Source: a virus
Lineage: Duplodnaviria > Caudoviricetes
Length of the DNA stretch: 64,000 bases
IMG/VR virus record: IMGVR_UViG_3300029319_000032
Coordinates: 165-64,164 of that record
Direction: 5' to 3' (one strand)
The notes beneath the pieces were generated by a model. That model did not search any database and was not told the origin of the DNA. It worked only from the letters and a program-made list of their open reading frames with translations. Positions 18,912-29,898 of the stretch are shown in pieces; position 1 is the first letter of the stretch, and every line of letters begins with the position of its first letter. A program made the position numbers and the translations under genes.

Positions 18912-20045
18912 ATGGCAAACGGATTTTCACAATATCAACAATCACAATTAGGGGTTTCTGCTGCTAAAGCTAGAGCTATATCTGAACGTAGTCAAGCTCA
19001 GTTTCGTACTGAACTTACTGCTGTACAGGAAAAAGAAGCTTTAGAAAGAGCAGCAGACCAGCTTGAAAAAATAGCAAAAGAAGCAGAAAGAAATGCACGT
19101 AGACGTGGAAGAAGAGCTTCTTTTGGTAGATTCTTAGGTTCTACTGTAGGTTTTGTACTTGGTGGACCAGCTGGTAAAGCAGCGTTAGGTACAGCATTAG
19201 GTGGACTAGCAGGTACAGCAGCAGCAGGTGGATTTAAAAAATATGATGTAGATGTTCCTGACAGTTTAGTTCCTGGTGGTATCTTTTACGGCAGAGAAAG
19301 GGAAGCGTTTAAACAGCGTGCAGAAGACCTTGAAGAAGCAATGAAAGATTTAACAAAAGCACAAAGAGATGCTATAGGTAAGAATTTGCTTACAGACTAT
19401 CTTACAGGTAGAGGTCTTGGTAAATTAGGTAAAGAACTAGAACCATTGATTGAAGCAAAAGCTATAGACAACGTAGATTATTTAAAAAATGTTTTCAGAA
19501 AGTCTTTAGATTTAGATTATACAGATGATGTAAAAAATATATTATTAGAAACTCAAGGATTTAAAATAGACCCTAAAACAAAACAAGCTCTTGATACTTT
19601 ACAACCTAGGTTAAGTACAGATATTATGGATTTTGATTTTTCTAGACTTGGACCAGATATAACACCACAAGTAAGTAGCAATGTGTTGGCAGAATCTTTA
19701 TTTGGTGCACCTAATGTTAGTGGTCCTAATGTTAGTGGTCCTGATATACAAACTGCAGCTTTACCAAAACCTATAGCTCCAACAGGTACGTTAAGAGGTC
19801 TAGTAGAAGGAACTTCTCCTACTGGGGTTTCTATTGAAGACAAAAGATTTCTTGATTTTCTAGATACAGATAAGCTAATTAAAAATCTTGCAACAGGACA
19901 ATTAACAGAAGAATATCCTGATAGCATACCAGAACTTTTAGACGATGATATAATAAAACTTTTAGACGATGATATAATGAAATCAAGAAATAAGAAAAAC
20001 ACTCTGTTTCAGTATATGGTAGGACCAATGGGAGGAATGAGATAA
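18912..20045 (+). CDS. Putative internal virion/ejection protein
   Basis: Coiled coil plus Gly/Ala-rich hydrophobic segment (GSTVGFVLGGPAG...GGLAG) typical of podovirus ejection proteins. Confidence 0.55.
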   Translation: MANGFSQYQQSQLGVSAAKARAISERSQAQFRTELTAVQEKEALERAADQLEKIAKEAERNARRRGRRASFGRFLGSTVGFVLGGPAGKAALGTALGGLAGTAAAGGFKKYDVDVPDSLVPGGIFYGREREAFKQRAEDLEEAMKDLTKAQRDAIGKNLLTDYLTGRGLGKLGKELEPLIEAKAIDNVDYLKNVFRKSLDLDYTDDVKNILLETQGFKIDPKTKQALDTLQPRLSTDIMDFDFSRLGPDITPQVSSNVLAESLFGAPNVSGPNVSGPDIQTAALPKPIAPTGTLRGLVEGTSPTGVSIEDKRFLDFLDTDKLIKNLATGQLTEEYPDSIPELLDDDIIKLLDDDIMKSRNKKNTLFQYMVGPMGGMR

Positions 20046-20683
20046 TGCCACATAGACCAGGACACGGAGGTGGAATGTTTGATTATGGTCAGTTTGACCA
20101 ACCAAGTGCGTATGAGCAGTTTGAGATGCCAGAGTTTGGTACATACGACCAACCAGCAGCTCCAGCAGCTCCAGTTGATACAAGCAATATGAGCCAACAA
20201 ATGAAATTTCTATATGAAACATTTCAACCGTTTGGTGTAAGCCCAGAACAATTAGGTCAATATGAGCAATTTGTAACAACAATACCAGAAGAATTATATC
20301 AGCTTACAGACCCAAGTGCTGATATTTACCAACAGTTTAGACAAGAAAGACAGCAAAGACTTTCTGACCAATTAGGAGAAACATACACAGGTCTACAATC
20401 TAGCTTGTTTACTGGTCAAAGACAAGCAAGAGGGATGCAAGGTAGAAGAGGATTTGTAACAGGTAGAGATTTTATGGGTGAGATTAGTGAGGCAGCAGCC
20501 ACAAGAGGTCAGAGAGCTGCTTCTGCTTTTGGTAGAGGATTGTATGATATTGAAGAAGATATTGTAGAAAGAGTAGGAGCAGAAAGAAGATATGTAGCAG
20601 GTCTTGAAGCACAAAGAAGAATTGATGCATTAAGACTTGCAGAATTGGCTGGATTGTTTAATGAAGAAGGGAGAACAGTTTAA
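20045..20683 (+). CDS. Putative internal virion/ejection protein
   Basis: Q/R-rich helical protein within the ejection-gene block. Confidence 0.45.
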   Translation: MPHRPGHGGGMFDYGQFDQPSAYEQFEMPEFGTYDQPAAPAAPVDTSNMSQQMKFLYETFQPFGVSPEQLGQYEQFVTTIPEELYQLTDPSADIYQQFRQERQQRLSDQLGETYTGLQSSLFTGQRQARGMQGRRGFVTGRDFMGEISEAAATRGQRAASAFGRGLYDIEEDIVERVGAERRYVAGLEAQRRIDALRLAELAGLFNEEGRTV

Positions 20684-21696
20684 TGGCTAGAAGTTACGTA
20701 GATAGTATTTTAGATGCAGCAGCAATGGCATCAAGACAAGATACTCTTGGTGATATGTTAAATCAAATACCTGGATTACTTGTACAGCAACAGCAAGCTA
20801 GGCAAGAAAGAGAAGACAGGTTAGATAGACAAGCAAAAGAAGATGCATTCAGAGAAAGACAATTTACCTCTACTGAAAATGCTAGAAAATCACAGAATGA
20901 ATTAGCTTTAGGTGGAGCTTTTGCTGGAATAGCAGACCTTGATGAAAGGTTGTCAGCTTTTGAAAACTATGAACCAACTACAGAAGATGGTGTTGCCTAT
21001 AAAAAAGCTAATATAGAGGCTATAAAAACAGGTAAGTCAACTCAATCAGCCTTTAACTTAAAAATTAAAAATTATCAAGATGGTGCTGGTCAAAGAACTT
21101 CTAAAGAAAATTTAGCTTTACTAAGAGAACTTGAAATAGAAGCTTCAGGAAGTGCAAATTTAAAAAAATACGTACCTAGCATTCAAAACAAAATTAAATT
21201 TCAAACAGGGTTAGGCTCACAAGAGTTTATCTCTAACATATCAGATACAATAATATTTGATGAATCTGTATCTGCAGAAGAGCAAAAGAAGTATAAAGAT
21301 ATGCTAAAATCTGCAACATCTGTAGAGCAAGCTAAAATAGTTTTAGATATGATACCTACAAAAGACAATAAAAAAACATATACAATAGAAGACGTAAATC
21401 TTGCTATGAAATATACAAACGAAGCTATAGAACTTGCTGTTCCTGGTGCAGAACAATTTTCTAGAATCATTATGGGCAGAACAGCTGAATTATTAGGAGT
21501 AGATGCACCAGATGTTATAACACAACAAGGTCAAATAGTAGATGTAGATGGACAAGATTATATGGTATTTGGTTCATCAGGAAACTACGAATATCAAATG
21601 TTAGATGATTTTGGTAATGTGACTGGCGAAAGAATGACCTTGACTGACGAACAATACAATAAAATATCTGGAAAGCCAGCAATTTACGGAGGTTAA
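20683..21696 (+). CDS. Putative internal virion/ejection protein
   Basis: Helical with a Q-rich N-terminus; precedes the very large ORF. Confidence 0.45.
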   Translation: MARSYVDSILDAAAMASRQDTLGDMLNQIPGLLVQQQQARQEREDRLDRQAKEDAFRERQFTSTENARKSQNELALGGAFAGIADLDERLSAFENYEPTTEDGVAYKKANIEAIKTGKSTQSAFNLKIKNYQDGAGQRTSKENLALLRELEIEASGSANLKKYVPSIQNKIKFQTGLGSQEFISNISDTIIFDESVSAEEQKKYKDMLKSATSVEQAKIVLDMIPTKDNKKTYTIEDVNLAMKYTNEAIELAVPGAEQFSRIIMGRTAELLGVDAPDVITQQGQIVDVDGQDYMVFGSSGNYEYQMLDDFGNVTGERMTLTDEQYNKISGKPAIYGG

Positions 21697-21699
21697 TTA

Positions 21700-24600
21700 A
21701 TGCCTAACGGTAATGACCAAACAATAGACTGGTCTAAAGCTACTTTTAAAACAGAAGAACAATCTGATACAACACAGCTTGATTGGTCTAAAGCTCAATT
21801 TAAATCACCAGAACAGCCACAATTAAGAGAATCTGTAAGTGTATTTGAAGCTTTTGCTGATGGATTTACTGAAGATATGTCTTTTGGTTATGTAGATATG
21901 AAAGATGATGCTGATGTCTATGCTACAAAAGCAGGTGGTTATGCAAAACTTGCTGGTATAACTGCTTCTATGTTGTTGCAATCAGCAGCTTTAAGTGCTG
22001 TAACATTCGGTATAGGTGGTGTCACTTTATTCTCAGCTAAATCAGCAAACTTAGCAAAAGCAGCAAAAAACTACAATGATGCTAAAAAAGCTTATCAAGC
22101 AGGTAAGCTGTCTAAAGCTAGTATGATAAAAAAACAAGCAAGTGCTTTAGAAAAAGGTGGAGTAGGAATACCCAATTCTAAGCTTTTAGGTCTTGGTAAT
22201 GCAGTTAAATCAAATACAACACAAAAAATGTATTTAGATAAATTTATGAGGCTTGCTGCAGACGACGTAAATAAAGCAAGAAAGATGGTTTTGACTACGG
22301 AAATGGCAAGAGAGGGTATAATTAATGCAGCTATAGGTCAAAAATTTATAAATGAAGATACTCTAGGAAGAGAAGTAACCATAAAAGATAGATTGGCTTT
22401 TGGTACACAAGATTTGCTAGCAGGTGGCTTGTTTGGTGCAGGTAGAGCATATTCATTTTCAAAAAATTTATTTCCTAAGATTGGTACACTAGGCTCAGAA
22501 AAGACTCCAGATTTTGTAAATAGAGGTTCTTTATATTTTGCATCAGGGTTTACTACAGCTTTACCACAACACGAAGGACAAGAAAACGGTTCTTTCATAG
22601 ACAGAATGACTGTAGGTGCAGTTTCAGCTGCAATGGGTTCTTTAATGAGAGGTGGTGTTGTAAGTGAAGCAGTAGATGATGTACAAAGAGGACTAAGAAG
22701 AATAGGAGTACAAGACGAAAAAATTATATCTGAAGTTACTGATATGTCTATACGTATAGCAGTAAATAGAGGAGTCAAACAAGTTAATGATGACTTCCAG
22801 GGTATGGTACTAAAAAATATAGACAATGATAAAGATGTTGTTATACAAAGAGTAAAGTCTGAAGGCGAAGGGAATAAACAAAAAGTATATGTTGATTATG
22901 ATGTGGTAGACTCTGCAGATAATAACAAAATATTACAACGAAAAGAAAATGTAGATGCAGGTGAGTTTTTTAAAAGCCACAAAAGACAAGACTATAAAGA
23001 AATAGAAGCAATTAAAAATAACTTTAAATCTGCAGATGATGACAGTCAATTTTCTTTTTTTAAAAACGAAAAAGAACTTAAAAACTTTTTAAACACACAA
23101 AAGTACGGAATACTAACTGCTGACGGTCCAGCATACACCAATTTTAGAGGTTTAGGTGGAGAAGGTAAACCTAGTGAACTTATGTTTAGTGATGGTAATG
23201 ACTTTCTCATTAGGGAATTATTAAGAAGAGGATATAAAAGAGATGATATTTTAGCAGTTAGAGGTAATTGGAATGGAGGAGGAGAAAACAGTTTTATTGT
23301 TAAAAATCTTAAGAAATCAGATGCTATAGATTTGATGAAGATATTTGGTCAAAGTGAAGTAGCTATGAATGACGGATATATAAAGCTTTTAAGAAATGCT
23401 GATGGAAGTATGGAAGCTATAACAGCTAAAAATAAATTTAAAACACAAGTTGGAAAAACAGCTAGATTTAAAAAAGACGGTAAAACAGAGCATGAATTTT
23501 TTAGTACTGTTGAACTACAGAACGGAAGAGAAACATCTTTTAGAAATAACTATGAAATGACAAAAGGAGAGTTTGATTATACAGGAAAAGGTATTCGTGG
23601 ATTGTCATCTAAGTTTATATCAGGAGAAGTTAATTCAGCATTAGACAGCTCATTAGATAAATTCTTTAAAACATATAGAACAACTGCTGCAAGAAAAGAT
23701 AAAATATTTCAAATTAAAAACATGGAAATAGAGAAAGGTTTAGCAGACTCTGATGACCCATTTAAAAACTTAGGAGCTAAATCTCTGAAAGAACAACTGT
23801 TTGGTGTAGACAGCATGAAGAAGATGTCTAGTAAGCAATTAGATACTTATGCAAATCTTTTATCTGGTAAAGAAGACTTCTTTGGTAAAAAATTTAGAAA
23901 AGGTGACTATAACGCATTAGGTGATATACCAGAAGTCTTAGGTAAAAATGAATATTTATTAAATAATGTAGCACTTCCTATTATTACAAAATATAGAAAC
24001 TTTGCTAAAACTTTAAATAATCCATTGTTAAAAAAATTAGCAGACAATCTAGAAGACTATACTATTACTAAAAATACTCTAGAAGGTGATTATCAACTTA
24101 TGAGAGATAGGCAAAAAGACAAGTATGCTCAACTTGGTCTTACTAAAAAAGAAATAGAAGAGATTGATACTGATTTAGGATTGTATATAGAGAAAAGAGA
24201 AGACTTAGCATCCTTAAGAAAAAATTACAAAAATAGAGCACACATGAAAAAAGCTATAAATTATGCAGTTGGAGAGCACAAAAAGTACTCAACAAATATA
24301 GTGAAGTACTTAAAAAGATTAGGAGTAGAAGAGTTTTACTATGATAAAAAAACAAGAACGATGAAAAGAAGACCAATATCAGTAGTAGAAAACTTTGTAA
24401 GTAGACAGATTACAGAAGAAGCAGCAGAGTTTTTTGCAAGAACATCTGACGATTCTAGAGATTTTATTGTGAAAGAAATTATTAAAAGAGACGCTAGGTT
24501 TAAAGGTAAAGGCGAATTTGCTTCTCTTCCAAAAAGCGAACAAGAAAAAATTGCAGATGAACTTTTCAGTATTGCTCAACCAAACAACGCTAAATACGGT

Positions 24601-26589
24601 ATTTATGGTCAACAGTTTGCACGTACTGCAGATTTACCTCCGTTTTTTTATTTAGATAAGAAAGGCAGAGTAATAAAAGATGTAGATAATTTTAATTACG
24701 TCAAAGGTGATAAAATAAATGATATAGAGATAGGTGAAGTTGTAAAAGTATATGATATGAACTATGCTGCAAATATGGATAGGTACGCATCCAGAGTTTC
24801 TAACTTAGCTGCATTTTCTAAATATTTTGGAAACAGGGGTATTTTTGATTTTGACAATACAAAGAATGTAAGAGAATTTAATAAGATGTTTGAAGAGCGT
24901 TTAAACGGCATACTAAAACAAGTGAAAAACAAAGAAGATAGAAGAAAATTAGAAGAAATGATTAACTCTGATTTTAAAGTAATACTAGGTGGTGACAATG
25001 TAGACGAAGCAGTTGCTCAATGGTATTCTTCCATGACATCTTGGACAGCAGCTACTGGTTTAAGTAGTCCTAGGTCTGCTATTAAGAATGCACTTCTTGG
25101 TAATGTTCAGCTTGTAAGCACATTTGGATTAACTCCTGTATTGAGAACATATTTTAATTTTGCATTTGATGCTAATGCTTGGAAAAATTCTTTTGGAACA
25201 GCTCAAAGTATTAATGCATTACAAGTATCTGAAAAAGCACTAGAAACTGTTATACAAAAACAAGGTCTATCTGGTAAAATACAAAGAGGTCTTACCACAG
25301 GAATGAGAATAGCAGAGCAAACTAATAGAAGAGTTTCTGTTGTTACAGGAATGAAGGCAGCAGAAGATGCATTAAAAGTATTAAGAGGTGAGAGTCCAGG
25401 CTTCTTTAACAAAATGACAAAAACAGAAGCACAAAGATTGTTAAGAAACACTTTGAACTTAGATGGTATAAACGAAGCTATTAAAACAGGTTCATTCAGC
25501 AAACAACAACAAAGAAAAATTTTATTTATGTCTCACTCTACTACACAAGGTTTAGCTGACCCAGTATTTATGCCAAGATGGATGAGTCAGCCTTATGTAA
25601 AACCATTAACACTGTTTTACCGTATTGCATATCGTGTAACAGAGAATGTATATAAAAATGCTTATGTTCCAGCATTACGTGGAGATGTAGCTCCTATGAT
25701 GAGATATGTTGCAGCTACTGTTGGTGCTGGTGCTGCACTACAAACTCTTTATTATAAAGCATTCAATACAGAGCCAGAAAAGTTTAGAGATGCAGGTGAT
25801 AAGTTTTGGTCTTATTTTGTTGATGGAGAAGGTTTAGGGATTTTTTCTACATTAGGTCAATTAAATAGGGATTTTTCACAAGCATATACACCAGCCGTGA
25901 TTCAGTTTGGTACAGGTTTATATGGAGCTGTATCTAAAGTTACAAAAGGAGCTTTCTTATCTGATACTGATGGAGAAAGAAATGCATTGATAAAACAGGG
26001 AACAAGAGACCTTGTAACATCTGTTCCTTTAGTTAATGATATAGTAAAGTCCATTGAGAACAATAGCGAGCAGTTTACTATTCCTGGAATCATACAGCCT
26101 AAAAAAGCATATCAAGAAGTATTAAACATTAGAACTCAAGTAAGAAGCTATGACAATGATGTTAGAGAGTTAAGTGGTTTTAATAAAGACTTTTCACAAT
26201 CAGAAGAACAAAGTTTAATGTATAGACAATTACAAGCTAATGTGTATGCAAATAGACCTATGGATAAGAAAGTAAAAGATTTCTATGCTACCGTAGCATA
26301 TCTGCAACATCAGTATGAAATCAACAACCCTGGAGTTTACACAAAACAACAAGCTTACAACAAAGCATACAAAAGAGCAGAAAGATATATTGATTATTAC
26401 TCACAACCTGTGAAGTCAAGATTGACTACAAGCGATAAAGATAAAGTTATATCACTTTATGATGACTTTGTAAGAAGATTAAATGATGAAGATAAAGCAA
26501 GTTTAAAAGAACTTGAGAAGATTCACAGAAAAAACTCTATTCAGTATCGCAGAGAGGTCAGACGCTACAAAAATAAGTATCGCCCTTAA
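21700..26589 (+). CDS. Large internal virion (ejection) protein with DUF3293-like internal domain
   Basis: 1629 aa; last gene of the late operon; N-terminal DWSKA-FK repeat; internal GILTA...ENSFIV...FGQ motif. Confidence 0.55.
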   Translation: MPNGNDQTIDWSKATFKTEEQSDTTQLDWSKAQFKSPEQPQLRESVSVFEAFADGFTEDMSFGYVDMKDDADVYATKAGGYAKLAGITASMLLQSAALSAVTFGIGGVTLFSAKSANLAKAAKNYNDAKKAYQAGKLSKASMIKKQASALEKGGVGIPNSKLLGLGNAVKSNTTQKMYLDKFMRLAADDVNKARKMVLTTEMAREGIINAAIGQKFINEDTLGREVTIKDRLAFGTQDLLAGGLFGAGRAYSFSKNLFPKIGTLGSEKTPDFVNRGSLYFASGFTTALPQHEGQENGSFIDRMTVGAVSAAMGSLMRGGVVSEAVDDVQRGLRRIGVQDEKIISEVTDMSIRIAVNRGVKQVNDDFQGMVLKNIDNDKDVVIQRVKSEGEGNKQKVYVDYDVVDSADNNKILQRKENVDAGEFFKSHKRQDYKEIEAIKNNFKSADDDSQFSFFKNEKELKNFLNTQKYGILTADGPAYTNFRGLGGEGKPSELMFSDGNDFLIRELLRRGYKRDDILAVRGNWNGGGENSFIVKNLKKSDAIDLMKIFGQSEVAMNDGYIKLLRNADGSMEAITAKNKFKTQVGKTARFKKDGKTEHEFFSTVELQNGRETSFRNNYEMTKGEFDYTGKGIRGLSSKFISGEVNSALDSSLDKFFKTYRTTAARKDKIFQIKNMEIEKGLADSDDPFKNLGAKSLKEQLFGVDSMKKMSSKQLDTYANLLSGKEDFFGKKFRKGDYNALGDIPEVLGKNEYLLNNVALPIITKYRNFAKTLNNPLLKKLADNLEDYTITKNTLEGDYQLMRDRQKDKYAQLGLTKKEIEEIDTDLGLYIEKREDLASLRKNYKNRAHMKKAINYAVGEHKKYSTNIVKYLKRLGVEEFYYDKKTRTMKRRPISVVENFVSRQITEEAAEFFARTSDDSRDFIVKEIIKRDARFKGKGEFASLPKSEQEKIADELFSIAQPNNAKYGIYGQQFARTADLPPFFYLDKKGRVIKDVDNFNYVKGDKINDIEIGEVVKVYDMNYAANMDRYASRVSNLAAFSKYFGNRGIFDFDNTKNVREFNKMFEERLNGILKQVKNKEDRRKLEEMINSDFKVILGGDNVDEAVAQWYSSMTSWTAATGLSSPRSAIKNALLGNVQLVSTFGLTPVLRTYFNFAFDANAWKNSFGTAQSINALQVSEKALETVIQKQGLSGKIQRGLTTGMRIAEQTNRRVSVVTGMKAAEDALKVLRGESPGFFNKMTKTEAQRLLRNTLNLDGINEAIKTGSFSKQQQRKILFMSHSTTQGLADPVFMPRWMSQPYVKPLTLFYRIAYRVTENVYKNAYVPALRGDVAPMMRYVAATVGAGAALQTLYYKAFNTEPEKFRDAGDKFWSYFVDGEGLGIFSTLGQLNRDFSQAYTPAVIQFGTGLYGAVSKVTKGAFLSDTDGERNALIKQGTRDLVTSVPLVNDIVKSIENNSEQFTIPGIIQPKKAYQEVLNIRTQVRSYDNDVRELSGFNKDFSQSEEQSLMYRQLQANVYANRPMDKKVKDFYATVAYLQHQYEINNPGVYTKQQAYNKAYKRAERYIDYYSQPVKSRLTTSDKDKVISLYDDFVRRLNDEDKASLKELEKIHRKNSIQYRREVRRYKNKYRP

Positions 26590-26706
26590 AAAAAGCTTGC
26601 GAGAATGCCCCTAGAAGCTCGTAAAATAAATTCTTTGATATAACTATCGCCTAAATATTGAACGTTTTGTGAGGGTATCATTAAATGCCTAATTCTGATT
26701 TTATAC

Positions 26707-26734
26707 AAAAAACCCCTCAAAAAGAGGGGCTTTT
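26707..26734. terminator. Bidirectional intrinsic terminator between the convergent late and replication operons
   Basis: CCCCTC-AAAAA-GAGGGG stem flanked by an A-run and a T-run. Confidence 0.75.
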
Positions 26735-26755
26735 CGTTGGTTTTAGTGTATTCTT

Positions 26756-27181
26756 TTAGCCCATATAGTCTTCTACTAATGAAATTACTTTCATTTTTTT
26801 GTCCAAAGGTGTAGAATCAGGACCAGTATCAAATCGTTTTGTATTTACACCAGTTTGGGGTGAATAGTTATTATCCTTGATTCTTAGATGTTTATATTTT
26901 TTTAGAAACTGTTTATAGAATTTTAATTCAACAGCATCTGATTCGTGTTTTTTAGGGTCAAACATTTCATCGCTACGATATACAAAGTATTCTAATTCTC
27001 TAAATATATCTTCAGGTGTTCTAAAATACACCTCAGGATTATCATGCCACTTTGGGTTTTCACCCCAAGAACCATCTTCAAATTGAACAAGTCCACTGTT
27101 AGCATTTCCAAATAAATACAAAACACCACACGCTTCTTCAAACATTTCTTTCATTATTTTTATATTTTCTTTATTTTTCAT
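26756..27181 (-). CDS. Hypothetical protein with its own early-type promoter
   Basis: SD GGAGG before ATG at 27181; TTGACA at 27247-27242. Confidence 0.65.
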   Translation of the reverse strand: MKNKENIKIMKEMFEEACGVLYLFGNANSGLVQFEDGSWGENPKWHDNPEVYFRTPEDIFRELEYFVYRSDEMFDPKKHESDAVELKFYKQFLKKYKHLRIKDNNYSPQTGVNTKRFDTGPDSTPLDKKMKVISLVEDYMG

Positions 27182-27278
27182 ATCAACCTCCTGGGTTTTA
27201 GTGTGAATATTACATACAACGTTATGAATCTCTAAAACAAATGTCAAGAAATTTCTTTAAGTGTTGATATTGTTGGAC

Positions 27279-28628
27279 TTAATCGGAGTAGAGCTCGTTT
27301 AAACGGTCTCTAAATTTTTGCTTTGCTTGTTCAGGTGTGTCTAGTATTGATGCACTATCACCGTGATAACCCACATCAAACTTACAAGTTGTTCCATACC
27401 TGTTTTTGGCTATAATAATCTGTTGCCCAAACTCTCCATGTTCAGCTTGCTCATATTCATATACATATGGATAATAGTTAAAGATTACGATTTCTGCATC
27501 TTGCTCAAGATTACCAGACTCAGCAAGGTCGCTGAGCCTTGGAATCTTATCTACACGATGCTCTATGTTACGATTTAGTTGAGAGACTAATATAACAGAA
27601 CAATCAAGTTCTTTTGCAAGCCATTTATATCTTCTTGTCACTTCGGCGATACGATGTCTGACATCTCTATTATCACGCTGTGAAAATTCAATAAAACCTA
27701 TGTGGTCATCAATGATTACATCAGGTCTTATCTTTTTGGCTTCTTGAATGCCTTCATCTAGACCTCTTAAATTATCAAATAAATGAAGCGATTTGTAATA
27801 CTTTTTTATAAAATCTAAACCTTTTTCTATTTCTTCTCTATGTTCTGATGCATTGTTACGCATTTGTTTGTTTGGTACGGTAGTATGCATTGCTAAAAAC
27901 TTTTTAACAATCTCTACTCTTGGCATTTCTCTACTAATAAACATAACCTTTTTACCATCAAGTATCATATTTTTGGTCACATTAAGAGCTAAAGTACTTT
28001 TACCATTTCCAGGTCTACCAGCAATAATAGATATTTCACCTTTGGTCATACCAACAATAGCTTTATCAATAGAAGCAATACCAGTTTGTACTAAATTCTT
28101 TTTTGCAAAGATAGATTGTATCAGCTCATCATCAAGTCCTTCCATAGACTGATGCTCCATTTTAATCATATCATTGAACTTCTCTGATATTTTACCTAAA
28201 TAATCAATGTCTGATGACACATCTTTATATGATGTATCTTTTTCTATTCTGTCTTTGAAACCTACAATGCGTTTCCATAGTTGTCTTCTTACAAACAAGT
28301 CATAAATTGTTTTACAGTGTGTTTTAAATGTTGCTTCTGTTATGATGTCATTTTGTAGACCAGAAACATAGTAGGCAAGCTTATGACCTTTTTCTCCTAG
28401 AAAGTTTGATACCGTAGCTACATCTATATCTTTGTTTGATTCGTGTAAATAATACATAGCTCCCCAAATATGCTGGTGGTCATCCATGTAAAACACTTTG
28501 CTGGTAGTAATAAAGCTTAACGCTTCTTGCATTTTTTCTGGGTTTCTAAGTACACAACCTAAAACTTGTTTTTCAGATACGCCACTATACATCTTTGACA
28601 CATCTATATTTTTATCAAAAGCATCCAT
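27279..28628 (-). CDS. dnaB: DnaB-like replicative helicase
   Basis: Walker A GRPGNGKS, SQLNR, DLAESGNLEQDA, AKNRYG, and an N-terminal DnaB-like domain. Confidence 0.92.
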   Translation of the reverse strand: MDAFDKNIDVSKMYSGVSEKQVLGCVLRNPEKMQEALSFITTSKVFYMDDHQHIWGAMYYLHESNKDIDVATVSNFLGEKGHKLAYYVSGLQNDIITEATFKTHCKTIYDLFVRRQLWKRIVGFKDRIEKDTSYKDVSSDIDYLGKISEKFNDMIKMEHQSMEGLDDELIQSIFAKKNLVQTGIASIDKAIVGMTKGEISIIAGRPGNGKSTLALNVTKNMILDGKKVMFISREMPRVEIVKKFLAMHTTVPNKQMRNNASEHREEIEKGLDFIKKYYKSLHLFDNLRGLDEGIQEAKKIRPDVIIDDHIGFIEFSQRDNRDVRHRIAEVTRRYKWLAKELDCSVILVSQLNRNIEHRVDKIPRLSDLAESGNLEQDAEIVIFNYYPYVYEYEQAEHGEFGQQIIIAKNRYGTTCKFDVGYHGDSASILDTPEQAKQKFRDRLNELYSD

Positions 28629-28979
28629 CTAATCCTCCTTTAAATCTGGTGGTAAGCTATCTAATCTCTTACGCTCTATCATTAATTTGTTCTCATACTT
28701 CTTATTCTCATTCCTTAATATACCTATAAAATAATATACATCATAGCCTTTTCCAGCTAAATCTTTGCGTTCCCAAATAGTAATACAATGTTTGATTACT
28801 TCGTCGTCAATGTCTTGACAAGCTTTAAGTAAAGTATAGGTAGTTAGGTCATCTAACGCTGATATGAAGAGGTCGTTTAAACGCTCTAATGTATTATCAT
28901 CTACATTCTTTTGTAGCCTTGCTATCATCTTTGGATAGTTTTTCAAGGCATTGGACCAGCCACAAGCTGGACATCTCAT
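28629..28979 (-). CDS. Possible replication accessory/helicase-loading protein
   Basis: CPACG zinc knuckle and YYFIGILRN (DnaD-domain-like); immediately upstream of the helicase. Confidence 0.35.
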   Translation of the reverse strand: MRCPACGWSNALKNYPKMIARLQKNVDDNTLERLNDLFISALDDLTTYTLLKACQDIDDEVIKHCITIWERKDLAGKGYDVYYFIGILRNENKKYENKLMIERKRLDSLPPDLKED

Positions 28980-29395
28980 TTACGCTCCTTACAAGGAAGT
29001 TCTTCTGGGCATTCACGTTTATCTAAAGGAACACGCTTACCTAAGAACTCCCTCATAGGAACTTTCCCTTTTGGCAATGTATAGTACCTCCAAGGTCTTT
29101 CGCATCGTGGACAACGATAAGGCTGGAACTTTGACTTATTGCTGTAAGATACTTCATTCTTCTTACGCTTCTCTGATTCAATGTATTCATCATCAAACCA
29201 CTCATCATCAAAGTAATGCTCTAAGGTCTCTTTAGAGTATAGAGACTCATAGATATATAACCAGACTTTTTCTGCGAATTTTTTAATCATCGCAAACTTC
29301 ACAATTAGGATTAACTTGTGAAAGTTGCATATCTTTTTGTTTCTGTTCTTTGTCCATTGCTTCAATAATCTTTTTAGCAATGTCCATAAGAACAT
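28976..29395 (-). CDS. Hypothetical protein with CPRC zinc motif (start uncertain)
   Basis: ORF track; CPRC motif. Confidence 0.45.
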   Translation of the reverse strand: MFLWTLLKRLLKQWTKNRNKKICNFHKLILIVKFAMIKKFAEKVWLYIYESLYSKETLEHYFDDEWFDDEYIESEKRKKNEVSYSNKSKFQPYRCPRCERPWRYYTLPKGKVPMREFLGKRVPLDKRECPEELPCKERK

Positions 29396-29415
29396 TGATT
29401 TCGTTTGTGCTTAAA

Positions 29416-29619
29416 TCAATTTTCATAGCTATACTCTGCTACTACTTTACCCTGAGGTGTTGATATATGATTAGTTTTAATAGGATGTCCTTCATTACGT
29501 AAATCCCATATTCTAGCACTTAAACGAAAACAACCAAACTTTTCTAGGGCTGATATTGGTGTAATACGCTCACCATTTTTTAAAGCCACTAGAATCATAT
29601 CATTCTGTGTTTTGTTCAT
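29416..29619 (-). CDS. Helix-turn-helix DNA-binding protein (HTH_39-like)
   Basis: ITPISALEKFGCFRLSARIWDLRNEGHPI pattern. Confidence 0.7.
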   Translation of the reverse strand: MNKTQNDMILVALKNGERITPISALEKFGCFRLSARIWDLRNEGHPIKTNHISTPQGKVVAEYSYEN

Positions 29620-29896
29620 CTTCTGTTTTCTCCTTATCACCATCTAGTTCTGTAAGAACATTGTTAATGTAGTTGTTAGCCAAAAACCTTTTTTCATTAA
29701 GTTGTTGTTCTAACATTTGTGTTTCTTGAGCTATTTGATTAGCTCTAACGTAAGCCATTTGTCCTTCATTACTTAAGTCGCTCAAGTAGAACTTAATTTC
29801 TTCTCCATCACGACTAATGACTTGCTCACGCTCTTGTGGTTCTTGTATAGCATCTAATTCTTGTTTTGCCATATCAAGCTCGTTTACTTTTCCCAT
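29600..29896 (-). CDS. Hypothetical coiled-coil protein
   Basis: SD GGAGG; in operon. Confidence 0.6.
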   Translation of the reverse strand: MGKVNELDMAKQELDAIQEPQEREQVISRDGEEIKFYLSDLSNEGQMAYVRANQIAQETQMLEQQLNEKRFLANNYINNVLTELDGDKEKTEDEQNTE

Positions 29897-29898
29897 TG

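Noticed and set aside
19931-19983. 24-bp tandem duplication (LLDDDIIK/LLDDDIMK) and PNVSG repeat
   Set aside because: Ordinary in-frame slippage in a low-complexity region.
500-26093. Many minus-strand ORFs in the structural region (and plus-strand ORFs in 27-40 kb)
   Set aside because: Antisense shadows of real genes, with no SD or recognisable motifs.
26633-26660. dif/Xer recombination site
   Set aside because: Only a loose resemblance to the XerD arm; does not fit the 11-6-11 consensus.
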